Below, piece after piece: positions 42,419-51,305 of a stretch of 58,282 bases of DNA. The notes below the pieces were generated by a model that ran no database searches, was not told the DNA's origin, and worked only from the letters and a program-made list of their open reading frames with translations. Origin of the DNA: Candidatus Sungbacteria bacterium RIFCSPLOWO2_01_FULL_47_32 (GTDB lineage: Bacteria; Patescibacteriota; Minisyncoccia; Sungbacterales; GWA2-42-14); contig MHQP01000039.1 in the NCBI GenBank assembly GCA_001820685.1, positions 1 through 58,282 of the forward strand, read 5' to 3'. The position numbers and the translations under genes were made by a program. Each line of letters opens with the position of its first letter. Position 1 is the stretch's first letter.

Positions 42419-43138
42419 ATGATTGAGTGCAAAAAAATAGTAAAAATATATAAGACCGGAAGTATTGAAGCCGTTGTTCTCAGGGGGGTTTCATTTTCGG
42501 TTAATGACGGCGAGTTTGTCGCTATCATGGGACCATCCGGCTCCGGGAAGTCAACTCTAATGCATATTCTGGGGTGTTTGGATTCTCCGACAACCGGAAT
42601 GTATATTCTTGACGGGCATGATGTTTCAACAATAGCGGACGACGGGCTTGCCGATATCAGGAGAAAAAAAATAGGGTTTGTTTTCCAATCATACAATCTT
42701 CTTCCCCGAGCAACAGTTATTCGAAACGTGACGCTTCCGCTTATTTATGCGGGAGTAGACCGGTTAAGGAGGGAAGAAATGGCAAAAGAATCTCTGCGGG
42801 CGGCAGGGCTTCCGGAAGACCGCTGGCTACACCACTCAAATCAGCTATCGGGCGGGCAGATGCAGCGCGTTGCCATTGCACGCGCTCTGGTAAACGACCC
42901 GGCAATGATACTTGCCGATGAACCGACCGGAAACCTTGATACGAAAACGGGCGAGATCGTACTTGATACGTTCCAGCGTTTAAACCACGAACACGGGCGG
43001 ACCATTGTTCTTATCACGCATGAGCGGTATGTCGCGGAACACGCCCAGCGCATTATTCATATAAAGGACGGCGAGATAGTTGACGATGAGAAGAACATTA
43101 AACAGCGTGTTACAAACTATACCAACGGGACCATATGA
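42419..43138 (+). CDS. ABC transporter ATP-binding protein (MacB/LolD family)
   Basis: Walker A GPSGSGKST, signature LSGGQMQRVAIARAL, Walker B ILADEPTGNLD. It overlaps the permease gene by 4 nt (ATGA). Confidence 0.93.
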   Translation: MIECKKIVKIYKTGSIEAVVLRGVSFSVNDGEFVAIMGPSGSGKSTLMHILGCLDSPTTGMYILDGHDVSTIADDGLADIRRKKIGFVFQSYNLLPRATVIRNVTLPLIYAGVDRLRREEMAKESLRAAGLPEDRWLHHSNQLSGGQMQRVAIARALVNDPAMILADEPTGNLDTKTGEIVLDTFQRLNHEHGRTIVLITHERYVAEHAQRIIHIKDGEIVDDEKNIKQRVTNYTNGTI

Positions 43139-44355
43139 ACATTTTTGATATTCTCGAAGAAACTTTTTCAGCCATCATGGTAAACAAAGCCCGGAGCGGC
43201 CTCACGATTCTTGGCATTGTTATCGGCATCGGTTCGGTCATTGCCATGATTTCCATCGGGCAAGGAGCGCAGGGTTCCATTGAGGCAAGTATTCAATCCA
43301 TCGGCTCGAACCTCGTGCTCGTGCGTCCGGGGTTCCAGCGCGGAGCCGGGCCGGTAAGCGCCGGAAGAGGGTCTGCGACTACCCTTACTCAAGCAGATGC
43401 CGATGCAATTAAAAAGGAAGTTACGCTTGCCAAAGCCGTTGCTCCGGAAATTTCACGGAGATATCAAATAACCGCAAAAGGAAAAAACACCAACACGCAA
43501 GTTACCGGAACCGTAAGCGTCTATCCGGAAGTGCGGAATATTGAGATAGATACCGGTTCATTTATTACCGACCAAAATATCCAGAGTTTATCAAAGGTAG
43601 CGGTTCTTGGCCCGACAACGAGAGACGACCTTTTTGGAGAATGGTCAGCGCCAATCGGAGAAACCATCCGAATAAACAAGGTGGATTTTAAAGTTATCGG
43701 TATTACCAAGGCGAAAGGCGGCAGCGGATTCGGGTCGCAAGATGACGTTGTGTACGTTCCGCTCTCAACCGCACAGCGGTTTTTGGCGGGGGATACGTAT
43801 GTCACGACCATTTCCGTTGAGGCAGAGAGCGCGGATTCAATGTCCGCCATCCAGCAGCAGATAACGGACCTCTTGCTCGCGCGGCACAATATTCCCGATT
43901 CAACGCTTGCCGATTTTCAGGTCATGAACCAGCAGGATATCGTGCAAACCGCATCTTCTATAACGAACACCTTTACCGTTCTTCTCGCCTCCATAGCCGG
44001 AATTTCGCTCATTGTCGGAGGCATCGGCATAATGAATATGATGCTCACGACCGTAACCGAACGCACGCGCGAGATTGGGCTGCGAAAAGCAATAGGCGCA
44101 AAAAAAATGGATATCAGCCTGCAATTTTTGGCGGAATCCGTCATGCTCACTTTTTTTGGAGGATTTCTTGGAATTCTTTTGGGGTGGTTTCTTGCATATG
44201 TGGTTACGGTTTTTGCTTCAATTCCAACAAGTGTTTCGTTAAATTCAATCCTTCTGGCATTCGGGGTTTCCGCGGCAATTGGCATTGTGTTCGGGTATTA
44301 TCCGGCGCGTCGAGCGGCAGGCCTTAATCCAATTGACGCATTGCGTTACGAATAA
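43135..44355 (+). CDS. ABC transporter permease (MacB/FtsX family)
   Basis: TM1, a large periplasmic domain and three C-terminal TMs, with the FtsX motif TERTREIGLRKAIGAKK. Confidence 0.9.
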   Translation: MNIFDILEETFSAIMVNKARSGLTILGIVIGIGSVIAMISIGQGAQGSIEASIQSIGSNLVLVRPGFQRGAGPVSAGRGSATTLTQADADAIKKEVTLAKAVAPEISRRYQITAKGKNTNTQVTGTVSVYPEVRNIEIDTGSFITDQNIQSLSKVAVLGPTTRDDLFGEWSAPIGETIRINKVDFKVIGITKAKGGSGFGSQDDVVYVPLSTAQRFLAGDTYVTTISVEAESADSMSAIQQQITDLLLARHNIPDSTLADFQVMNQQDIVQTASSITNTFTVLLASIAGISLIVGGIGIMNMMLTTVTERTREIGLRKAIGAKKMDISLQFLAESVMLTFFGGFLGILLGWFLAYVVTVFASIPTSVSLNSILLAFGVSAAIGIVFGYYPARRAAGLNPIDALRYE

Positions 44356-44384
44356 ATTTGCTAAGTAATTATTAAAAGAAAATT

Positions 44385-44870
44385 ATGAACAAAACAATCG
44401 GAATCGTAGCCGCTGTGGCAATCGTTGTCGGTAGTGCCTCTTTTTATGGAGGCATGAAATACGGGCAAAGCCAGAATGCGGCTTTGGGCCGGGGGGGGGT
44501 TGCTAATCTTACACCAGCAGAACGTCAGGCGAGAGCCCAGCAGTTCGGAGGAGGCGGAGGACGCATGGGGGGAGCCAGCGGAGGCGGTGGAGTCGGCGGC
44601 GCAGGATTTCTTACGGGCGACGTACTGTCGAAAGATGATACAAGTATCACGGTAAAGCTCAACGACGGCGGGTCAAAAATAATATTTTTATCAAGCTCAA
44701 CCCAGGTGATGAAAGCCGCAACCGGATCCCTCTCCGACCTTGCGGTCGGAGAACGGATTTCGATCACAGGAACCTCGAATGCCGATGGAAGTGTTTTTGC
44801 GCAAACAGTCCAGATACGGCCTTCAATGCCGGCGGGGACGGCAGGAGGACAGCCGCCGGTGCAACAGTAA
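44385..44870 (+). CDS. Membrane-anchored Gly-rich protein with a DUF5666-like OB domain
   Basis: An N-terminal TM and a GGGGRMGGASGGGGVGGAG linker, then ...SITVKLNDGGSKIIFLSSSTQV...ISITGTSNADGSVFAQTVQIRP. Confidence 0.5.
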   Translation: MNKTIGIVAAVAIVVGSASFYGGMKYGQSQNAALGRGGVANLTPAERQARAQQFGGGGGRMGGASGGGGVGGAGFLTGDVLSKDDTSITVKLNDGGSKIIFLSSSTQVMKAATGSLSDLAVGERISITGTSNADGSVFAQTVQIRPSMPAGTAGGQPPVQQ

Positions 44871-44992
44871 ATTTCGGCGATGGAAGAATATGAAGGAAGA
44901 TGTAGGCCCACCTCTTTTCTAAAGGGGGTTTTGTAAAAAAGGAGCATTTGAATTATAATAGTTTGTATTATCCGTAGTTAATAAACAAAAAA

Positions 44993-45490
44993 ATGAATAA
45001 AAGAAATATTATTATCGCTGTCGTCGTTCTCGCCGTAGCCGGTGTTGCATATTACGCCTTTCAGGGTGAGACTCCTACGCCTGCAGGAAACCAGATTGAA
45101 CCCGTCAATATAGCCGGAATGCCGGTTCCTACCGACGGAGAATCTGTAAATGAAAAAGTCGTAAATGCCTCCGCACAGGCTCCTGTCTCATCGGATGAAC
45201 CGATGCCTGTCCCGGCGAAAAAGGAATTTACAGTTTCCGGCCAGAGTTTTTCGTTCTCTCCATCAACCATCACGGTCAACAGGGGTGATAAAGTTAAGAT
45301 AGTTTTCAAGGACCAAGGCGGGTTCCACGACCTCAGAATAGACGGATATAATACAGGCACCCAGCGGATTAACACCGGGGGAGAAGCGTTTGTTGAGTTT
45401 ACGGCTGACCGGGTTGGAAGTTTCGAATATTACTGCTCGGTCGGGAGCCACCGCGCCAGCGGCATGCACGGGACGCTTATTGTCCAGTAG
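44993..45490 (+). CDS. Cupredoxin (plastocyanin/azurin-like blue copper protein), membrane-anchored
   Basis: An N-terminal TM, then type-1 Cu ligands: His in GGFHD, and C-x4-H-x4-M in YYCSVGSHRASGM. Confidence 0.8.
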   Translation: MNKRNIIIAVVVLAVAGVAYYAFQGETPTPAGNQIEPVNIAGMPVPTDGESVNEKVVNASAQAPVSSDEPMPVPAKKEFTVSGQSFSFSPSTITVNRGDKVKIVFKDQGGFHDLRIDGYNTGTQRINTGGEAFVEFTADRVGSFEYYCSVGSHRASGMHGTLIVQ

Positions 45491-45692
45491 GTTTTATTGG
45501 GGAGGGAAGAATTCCGCAAAAACCAAAAATGTAGTGTGTTATTCACCCTGTTGCAACCAAAATACCTCAAGCCGTCATGTTTTTGGGTATTTAGTATTTT
45601 TACAAGCAAAAATATATGTCTGGCCGATTCGGGATGGGTGTAGCGGGGGTCACACTACATTTTTTATTTCAGATGCCGTATACTGACGATGT

Positions 45693-46784
45693 ATGGAAAT
45701 CCTCACGATTATACTGTTAGGAACACTTATCGCCATTGTTGTTGGCGCTGTTATTTTCATTATTCGCCTGCTCAAGCTTCAACAAAAGCCGCCGGAGGAC
45801 TCGCAAGCGCTTTTAATGCTCCAAAACCAGCTTTCGGACCTCACGAAGACCATGGATCAGCGTATGAATGAATCATCGCGCTTTATGAACGAGAGCATGA
45901 AGTCGCAATTCGGCGAATCCCAGCGTCTTGTGAATCAGTTCATGAAGGAGCTCACCACCATGACCGACAAGGTTGCGCGCGTCGAAGAAACGGGAAAGCA
46001 AATGGTAACGTTCGCGGACCAGCTTCAGAATCTTCAGGATATTCTGAAAAACCCGAAACAGCGCGGAGTTCTCGGAGAATATTATTTAGAAACTGTTTTA
46101 CAAAACGTCTTGCCGCCAGGCTCATACGAAATGCAGCATCGGCTTGGGCACGATGAGGACACTGGCAAGGAACTTATTCCGGACGCCGTCATTTTTGTGA
46201 AAAATAAAATAATTCCCGTAGATTCCAAATTCTCTCTTGAGAACTACAATCGGATTATCGCGGAACACGACCCCGCGGAAAAGGAAAAACTTGAAAAAAT
46301 ATTCAAACAAGACCTGAAAAATCGCATTGACGAAACATCGAAATACGTACGCCCGAAAGATGATACGATGGATTTCGCGTTCATGTTCATTCCGTCGGAG
46401 GGCGTTTATTACGACCTGCTTGTGAATGGCGCAGTAAAAACAAGTACCAAAGATCTCATCGAATATGCATTCTCCAAACATGTTATCATCGTTTCTCCAA
46501 CGTCGTTTCTTGCGTATCTTCAAACGGTGCTTCAGGGTCTGAAGGCGCTTCAAATAGAAGAGTCGGCGAAAGAGATTCGAAAGCGTGTTGAAGAACTGGG
46601 ACGTCACCTCGGGAATTACGAAATGTTCATGCAGAAAATCGGCGGGCACTTGGGAACGACGGTAAACGCGTATAACTCCGCGTATAAGGAACTTTCAAAA
46701 ATAGATAAGGACGTTTTGAAGATCGCGGGTGAGGGGATCGGTGTAGAGCCTGTTCTCGTCGGGAAGCCCGATATGGAAGAATAA
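45693..46784 (+). CDS. rmuC: DNA recombination protein RmuC
   Basis: An N-terminal TM, a coiled coil, and an RmuC nuclease-like core (RGVLGEYYLETVL...PDAVIFV...IPVDSKFSLENY). Confidence 0.88.
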   Translation: MEILTIILLGTLIAIVVGAVIFIIRLLKLQQKPPEDSQALLMLQNQLSDLTKTMDQRMNESSRFMNESMKSQFGESQRLVNQFMKELTTMTDKVARVEETGKQMVTFADQLQNLQDILKNPKQRGVLGEYYLETVLQNVLPPGSYEMQHRLGHDEDTGKELIPDAVIFVKNKIIPVDSKFSLENYNRIIAEHDPAEKEKLEKIFKQDLKNRIDETSKYVRPKDDTMDFAFMFIPSEGVYYDLLVNGAVKTSTKDLIEYAFSKHVIIVSPTSFLAYLQTVLQGLKALQIEESAKEIRKRVEELGRHLGNYEMFMQKIGGHLGTTVNAYNSAYKELSKIDKDVLKIAGEGIGVEPVLVGKPDMEE

Positions 46785-46800
46785 TATTTTTGCGAAAACA

Positions 46801-46825
46801 AAAATCCCGCCAGGAGCGGGATTTT
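46801..46825. terminator. Bidirectional terminator between the convergent rmuC and MerR-like genes
   Basis: AAAATCCCGC-CAGGA-GCGGGATTTT, with the hairpin flanked by A and T runs. Confidence 0.7.
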
Positions 46826-46840
46826 AATTTCAGAAAAAAA

Positions 46841-47062
46841 TTATATCTGATAAATATCTATCTTTCTTCCCTGCGTGCTTCCTTTTGTTGTTTCCATTCT
46901 TCGGAGAAGCACTTGAATTTGATCCATGCGATAGACGCGGTAGTTGTTCAATGGATTACGATATGCGGTAAGGAGACCCTTTTTGTCCCAATTGCGGAGT
47001 GTCAAGGGAGTTACTCCAAGCATTTTCGCAGCATGTTTGATTGAAAGATATCTTTTTTCCAT
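46841..47062 (-). CDS. MerR/excisionase-type HTH DNA-binding protein (73 aa)
   Basis: YLSIKHAAKMLGVTPLTLRNWDKKGLL...YRVY is a typical MerR-superfamily N-terminal HTH without an effector domain. Confidence 0.8.
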   Translation of the reverse strand: MEKRYLSIKHAAKMLGVTPLTLRNWDKKGLLTAYRNPLNNYRVYRMDQIQVLLRRMETTKGSTQGRKIDIYQI

Positions 47063-47249
47063 GGTAGTAACCTTTTGTATGTTATTACAAAGTTTATACT
47101 ACAGAATTCCTCAAAAATAGCTATCCCGGTTTATCCACATGTGTGCATTACTTTCATTATAAAGAGCTAAAACAGGGGAAATTGACGGGTGAAGGGAACT
47201 TTGGTCCTAGCACTTGATAATTTTATACCGCTGTGGTTAATTAGAAACA

Positions 47250-48641
47250 ATGTCTGAAGACATAATAAAACGAAGATACATATCTGTTTTTATTTTTGTA
47301 GCCGGCCTTCTCATCGGTATTTTTGATGGTCCCGCATATTGGAATGCGGTAATGGATAAGCTGGCCCAAAAAAGCGGCATTGCGGATATTCAGTTGCTGA
47401 AGCTCGAAGGCGGGCTTTTTCGGCAATTTCGGCTTGGGCTCGACCTGCAAGGCGGAACCCACCTTATATACGAGGCGGATTTGAAAGATATTAATTCGAC
47501 CCAAAAGAGCGATTCAATGGCCGCACTTCGCGACGTTATCGAGCGGAGGGTAAACCTTTTCGGTGTTTCAGAGCCTGTCGTTCAGGTTGAAAAAACAGGA
47601 GATTCGTGGAGGCTCATTGTCGAACTTGCCGGTATCAAGGATATCAATCAAGCCATTAAACTTATCGGAGAAACTCCGTTTCTTGAGTTTCGGGAAGAGC
47701 GCCCCGAGGGCGAAACAAAAAAAATATTGGAAGACCAAAAGAATGGACTGCAGGCGGATGTTGACCCGTACTTTACTCCGACCCCGCTTAACGGAAAATA
47801 TCTAAAAAGGTCTGACGTTGAATTCGACAATACTTCACTTCGTCCAACAATTGGCCTTCAGTTTAACGACGAGGGAGCTTCCATGTTTGAAGAAATTACT
47901 GGACGCACTATCGGCAAGCGCCTCGCTATTTATCTTGATGGCGCTCCGATCAGCGCCCCTGTTGTTCAGGGAAAAATATCCGGAGGCAAAGCTCAGATAA
48001 CGGGAACCTTCACACCAGACGAAGCAAAAACACTCGTCGGACGGCTTAATTCTGGAGCGTTGCCGGTTCCGATACATATCATCTCACAGCAGTCTGTTGA
48101 AGCAACACTCGGACAGGACTCTCTTGGAAAAAGTTTACACGCAGCACTTCTCGGATTTTTAGTTGTTGCACTCTTCATGATTCTTTGGTATCGCTTGCCG
48201 GGCCTGATTGCGGTGCTGGCATTGACCATTTATGTTTCGGTTGTTCTCTTTATCTTTAAACTTATTCCGGTAACGCTTTCATCTGCCGGTATTGCCGGAT
48301 TCGTTCTTTCGCTTGGCATGGCGGTTGATGCAAATATTCTTATATTTGAGCGCTTCAAAGAAGAGATCCATCGGGGAAGGAATTTATATGATGCTTCGCA
48401 CGAAGGGTTCACGCGCGCGTGGACTTCTATTCGAGATTCGAACGTTTCAAGCCTTATTACTGCCGGCATTCTCTACTGGCTTGGCACAAGCATTGTAAAA
48501 GGATTTGCGCTTACTCTTGGTATCGGCGTTTTGATAAGTATGTTTTCCGCAATCACCGTATCGCGAACATTCTTATTTTCGCTGATGAGCCCGCGCATGA
48601 CGAAATTCAGGATATTATTTTTAAGCGGAATCTCGCACTAA
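47250..48641 (+). CDS. secD: Protein translocase subunit SecD
   Basis: LGLDLQGG motif, a periplasmic P1 domain and six C-terminal TMs. Adjacent to secF. Confidence 0.93.
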   Translation: MSEDIIKRRYISVFIFVAGLLIGIFDGPAYWNAVMDKLAQKSGIADIQLLKLEGGLFRQFRLGLDLQGGTHLIYEADLKDINSTQKSDSMAALRDVIERRVNLFGVSEPVVQVEKTGDSWRLIVELAGIKDINQAIKLIGETPFLEFREERPEGETKKILEDQKNGLQADVDPYFTPTPLNGKYLKRSDVEFDNTSLRPTIGLQFNDEGASMFEEITGRTIGKRLAIYLDGAPISAPVVQGKISGGKAQITGTFTPDEAKTLVGRLNSGALPVPIHIISQQSVEATLGQDSLGKSLHAALLGFLVVALFMILWYRLPGLIAVLALTIYVSVVLFIFKLIPVTLSSAGIAGFVLSLGMAVDANILIFERFKEEIHRGRNLYDASHEGFTRAWTSIRDSNVSSLITAGILYWLGTSIVKGFALTLGIGVLISMFSAITVSRTFLFSLMSPRMTKFRILFLSGISH

Positions 48642-48648
48642 TAGTTCC

Positions 48649-49590
48649 ATGAACATCATTCCTAATCGAAAAATTTTCTACTGGCTTTCGGGGACGCTCA
48701 TTGCGGTAAGCATCATACTGTTCGCGGTATTCGGTTTGAAAGAGGGAATAGATTTTACGGGGGGCTCCCTTCTTGAGGTTGAATACGCGGGAACCCGGCC
48801 CGATTCGGAAACGGTCCGGAACGCAATAGCGCCACTCGGGCTCGGAAACGTCCTGATACAGGAAACAGGCGACACGGGCGTTATTCTGCGATTCAGAGAT
48901 GTTGATGAACAGACTCATCAAAAAATCCTCGGCGTTCTTAACGAAGGATCCCAAGCAAGCGCCAATGCTCCGGGTATCCACCAGAAGCGGTTTGATACTA
49001 TCGGTCCGACAGTCGGACGGGAACTTCGCCAGCGTTCACTTCTTGCGATTCTTTTGGTTCTCGTACTTATTCTTATATATATTGCGTGGGCGTTCCGAAA
49101 AGTTTCCAAACCTGTAGCTTCGTGGAAATATGGAGTCGTAGCGCTTGTAGCACTTTTCCATGACGTCTTTATTCCGACAGGAGTTTTCGTATTTTTGGGA
49201 AAATTTTACGGAGTTGAAGCTGATACGCTTTTTGTAACCGCGGTCTTGACAGTTTTAGGGTTTTCCGTTCATGATACCATCGTGGTGTTTGACAGGATTC
49301 GCGAAAACCTGAAAAAGGGCGCTATGCGCGAGATGCTCTTTGCAGATGTTGTTGAGATGAGCGTTCAGGAAACCATTATCCGTTCAATAAATACCTCATT
49401 TACCGTCCTTCTTTCCCTTTTGGCGGTGTTCCTTTTTGGGGGTGAGTCGGTCAAATACTTTACACTGGCCTTGATTATTGGCGTGGTAGTTGGTACATAT
49501 TCATCAATATTCATTGCAAGCCCTCTTTTGGTCACATTGCATTTGTATAGTTCAAAAAATGCAGAGCCTATCAAAAAAACCAGTAAATAA
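48649..49590 (+). CDS. secF: Protein translocase subunit SecF
   Basis: GIDFTGG motif and a SecF-type TM bundle (DTIVVFDRIREN). Confidence 0.93.
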   Translation: MNIIPNRKIFYWLSGTLIAVSIILFAVFGLKEGIDFTGGSLLEVEYAGTRPDSETVRNAIAPLGLGNVLIQETGDTGVILRFRDVDEQTHQKILGVLNEGSQASANAPGIHQKRFDTIGPTVGRELRQRSLLAILLVLVLILIYIAWAFRKVSKPVASWKYGVVALVALFHDVFIPTGVFVFLGKFYGVEADTLFVTAVLTVLGFSVHDTIVVFDRIRENLKKGAMREMLFADVVEMSVQETIIRSINTSFTVLLSLLAVFLFGGESVKYFTLALIIGVVVGTYSSIFIASPLLVTLHLYSSKNAEPIKKTSK

Positions 49591-49728
49591 GCCATTTTTT
49601 AGATTCGAGGGCTTAAAAAAGCCCAAAAACTTGACAAGCTCTTGACTTTTATTTTAAATGTTATAAACTAATAGTAACACGGTTCTGCCCGGATTTATCA
49701 AAAGAAACTGGCAGCCGGCTAAGGTCAC

Positions 49729-50772
49729 ATGAACCCAATTTCACTCCCGGTGCATCCGAAGGATGCAACCGCAAAAATATTAAAGTCTATTTCAAATAAA
49801 CGAGCAGAAGATGTCCTGAATCGGCGTTTTGGCATTCGCGGCAAAAAGCATACGCTTGAAGCCATCGGGAAGCAGTACGGCATTACTCGCGAACGTGTTC
49901 GCCAGATCGAGGAAGCGGCCATGAAAAGCCTTGCGGAAAATGATTCCGTGAAAGCGGAGCTTGTCAGCATTACTCCGCAACTGAAAGAGCACTTGCAAAA
50001 CCACGGTGGGGTTTCGGAGGAGGGACGCTACTTTTCAAGCGTTGCAGACGAGAAATATCACCCGCATCTTAACTTCCTGCTTCTTCTCGCGCGTCCGGTT
50101 TCCCGAAAAGAAGAGGATGAAAAGCACCACAACCGCTGGTATGTGGCAGACGAAACCCTCGCAAAAGCAGAAACGGTTGTCCATCGGGTCATGAATGAGC
50201 TTGATGACAAAAAGAAAGTTGTTTCTGAATCAGACCTTTGGAACATGTTTGAACGCCACACACGCGAAGTATTTGGCTTCTCAAAGGACGAAAAGGCGGT
50301 CAAGTCATATATGAGCATTGCAAAATCCATTGCTAAAAACCCCTACGGAGAGTACGGACTCGTCCACTGGCCGGAAATAAATCCTGTTGGTGTTCGCGAC
50401 AAAGCGTATGTAGTTTTGACCAAGATCGGGAAACCTCTCCACTTCACGGATGTTGCAAAGCAAATTAATAAGGTTGGCTGGTCACGAAAGCGCTCCGCAC
50501 ACCCCCAGACGGTTCATAACGAGCTCATTAAAGATAGCCGCTTCGTGCTCGTCGGCAGAGGAATGTATGCACTCAAAGAATGGGGATACGAACCGGGAAC
50601 GGTAAAAGACGTGTTACTCTCGGTTATGAAGTCCGCAGGCAAACCGCTTTCGAAAGAAGAGATTATCAAACGCGTCGGAGAAAAGCGAATTGTCAAAGCC
50701 AACACCGTTCTTCTGAATCTTCAGGATAAGAAAAAGTTTAGGAGGATTGATACCGGATATTCGTTGGTGTAA
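49729..50772 (+). CDS. Sigma-70 region-4-like HTH protein with a C-terminal HARE-HTH/winged-helix domain
   Basis: N-terminal RFGIRGKKHTLEAIGKQYGITRERVRQIEEAAMKSL (region 4.2-like). The C-terminal ...VHNELIKDSRFVLVGRGMYALKEWGY is RpoE-delta/HARE-HTH-like. Confidence 0.6.
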   Translation: MNPISLPVHPKDATAKILKSISNKRAEDVLNRRFGIRGKKHTLEAIGKQYGITRERVRQIEEAAMKSLAENDSVKAELVSITPQLKEHLQNHGGVSEEGRYFSSVADEKYHPHLNFLLLLARPVSRKEEDEKHHNRWYVADETLAKAETVVHRVMNELDDKKKVVSESDLWNMFERHTREVFGFSKDEKAVKSYMSIAKSIAKNPYGEYGLVHWPEINPVGVRDKAYVVLTKIGKPLHFTDVAKQINKVGWSRKRSAHPQTVHNELIKDSRFVLVGRGMYALKEWGYEPGTVKDVLLSVMKSAGKPLSKEEIIKRVGEKRIVKANTVLLNLQDKKKFRRIDTGYSLV

Positions 50773-50789
50773 GAAGATTTATATTGGGT

Positions 50790-50821
50790 AAATGCCGCCT
50801 TCGGGCGGCATTTGTGTTTTT
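50790..50821 (+). terminator. Terminator after the sigma-like gene
   Basis: AAATGCCGCC-TTCG-GGCGGCATTT followed by GTGTTTTT. Confidence 0.75.
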
Positions 50822-50876
50822 AAAAACATACGGCAAGCTTCCGAAAGCAGTTGCCAGTCTGTAAAAGGAGATTGCG

Positions 50877-51017
50877 GTGAGTGGAGACCTTAAGGATGTC
50901 GCTTTCGACTTTGTTGAAAAGGATCCGATTTCAAACAAGCAGAAGCTTGCGAGATGGTTTGGCGTTGCGCTGGTCGTGGTTGATCGGTGGGCGAGCGGCA
51001 TCGCGGCCAGTCTTTGA
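50877..51017 (+). CDS. Small (46 aa) putative HTH protein, below the ORF-track size cut-off
   Basis: A GTG start is preceded by AAGGAG (50865-70) with a 6-nt spacer. Translation: VSGDLKDVAFDFVEKDPISNKQKLARWFGVALVVVDRWASGIAASL, where LARWFGV....DRWASG resembles XRE/Cro HTHs. A terminator follows. Confidence 0.4.
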   Translation: MSGDLKDVAFDFVEKDPISNKQKLARWFGVALVVVDRWASGIAASL

Positions 51018-51052
51018 CACAAGAATGTATTATACGGTTTATAACAAGGCAA

Positions 51053-51080
51053 AAAGGCGAGTAATATCGCCTTTTATTCT
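51053..51080 (+). terminator. Terminator after the small HTH ORF
   Basis: AAAGGCGA-GTAATA-TCGCCTTT followed by TATTCTT. It is nested in a 10-bp outer inverted repeat ACACAAGAAT/ATTCTTGTGT. Confidence 0.6.
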
Positions 51081-51101
51081 TGTGTGTAAATACCAAAAGA
51101 G

Positions 51102-51131
51102 TTGACAAATAGAACAAATATATGCTATAAT
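51102..51131 (+). promoter_or_regulatory. Consensus sigma-70 promoter
   Basis: TTGACA (51102-07), an 18-nt spacer, then TATAAT (51126-31). Both hexamers match the consensus perfectly. Confidence 0.65.
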
Positions 51132-51136
51132 ATTAG

Positions 51137-51273
51137 AGATTGCGACATCCTACCTCTCATGCTTATTGCATTGGCAGAATAAGGTTGCGAGTGTGGGTCG
51201 GCAACGCCCAGCCCCGTCAAGGCTCTGGCGCCAGACATCCTATTCAAGAGACCGTCGCGACGGTCTCATCTTT
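51137..51273 (+). ncRNA. Candidate ~135-nt structured RNA or cis-regulatory leader (unclassified)
   Basis: It starts about 6 nt after the consensus -10. It has hairpins CTTATT-N10-AATAAG and GGG(T)CG-GCAA-CGCCC (GNRA loop), the palindrome CTGGCGCCAG, and a 9-nt direct repeat GACATCCTA (51144 and 51234). It ends in the 20-nt palindromic terminator GAGACCGTCGCGACGGTCTC plus ATCTTT. Confidence 0.4.
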
Positions 51274-51305
51274 AATTCTGTAATTTTGGTGGTATAATCA
51301 TCTAT

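Noticed and set aside
50881-51105. The ORF-track 74-aa plus-strand ORF and the 104-aa minus-strand ORF (50738-51052) in the spacer after the sigma-like gene
   Set aside because: Both run through terminator hairpins, lack an SD and are Arg/Ser-rich. The SD-supported 46-codon frame at 50877-51017 explains the region better.
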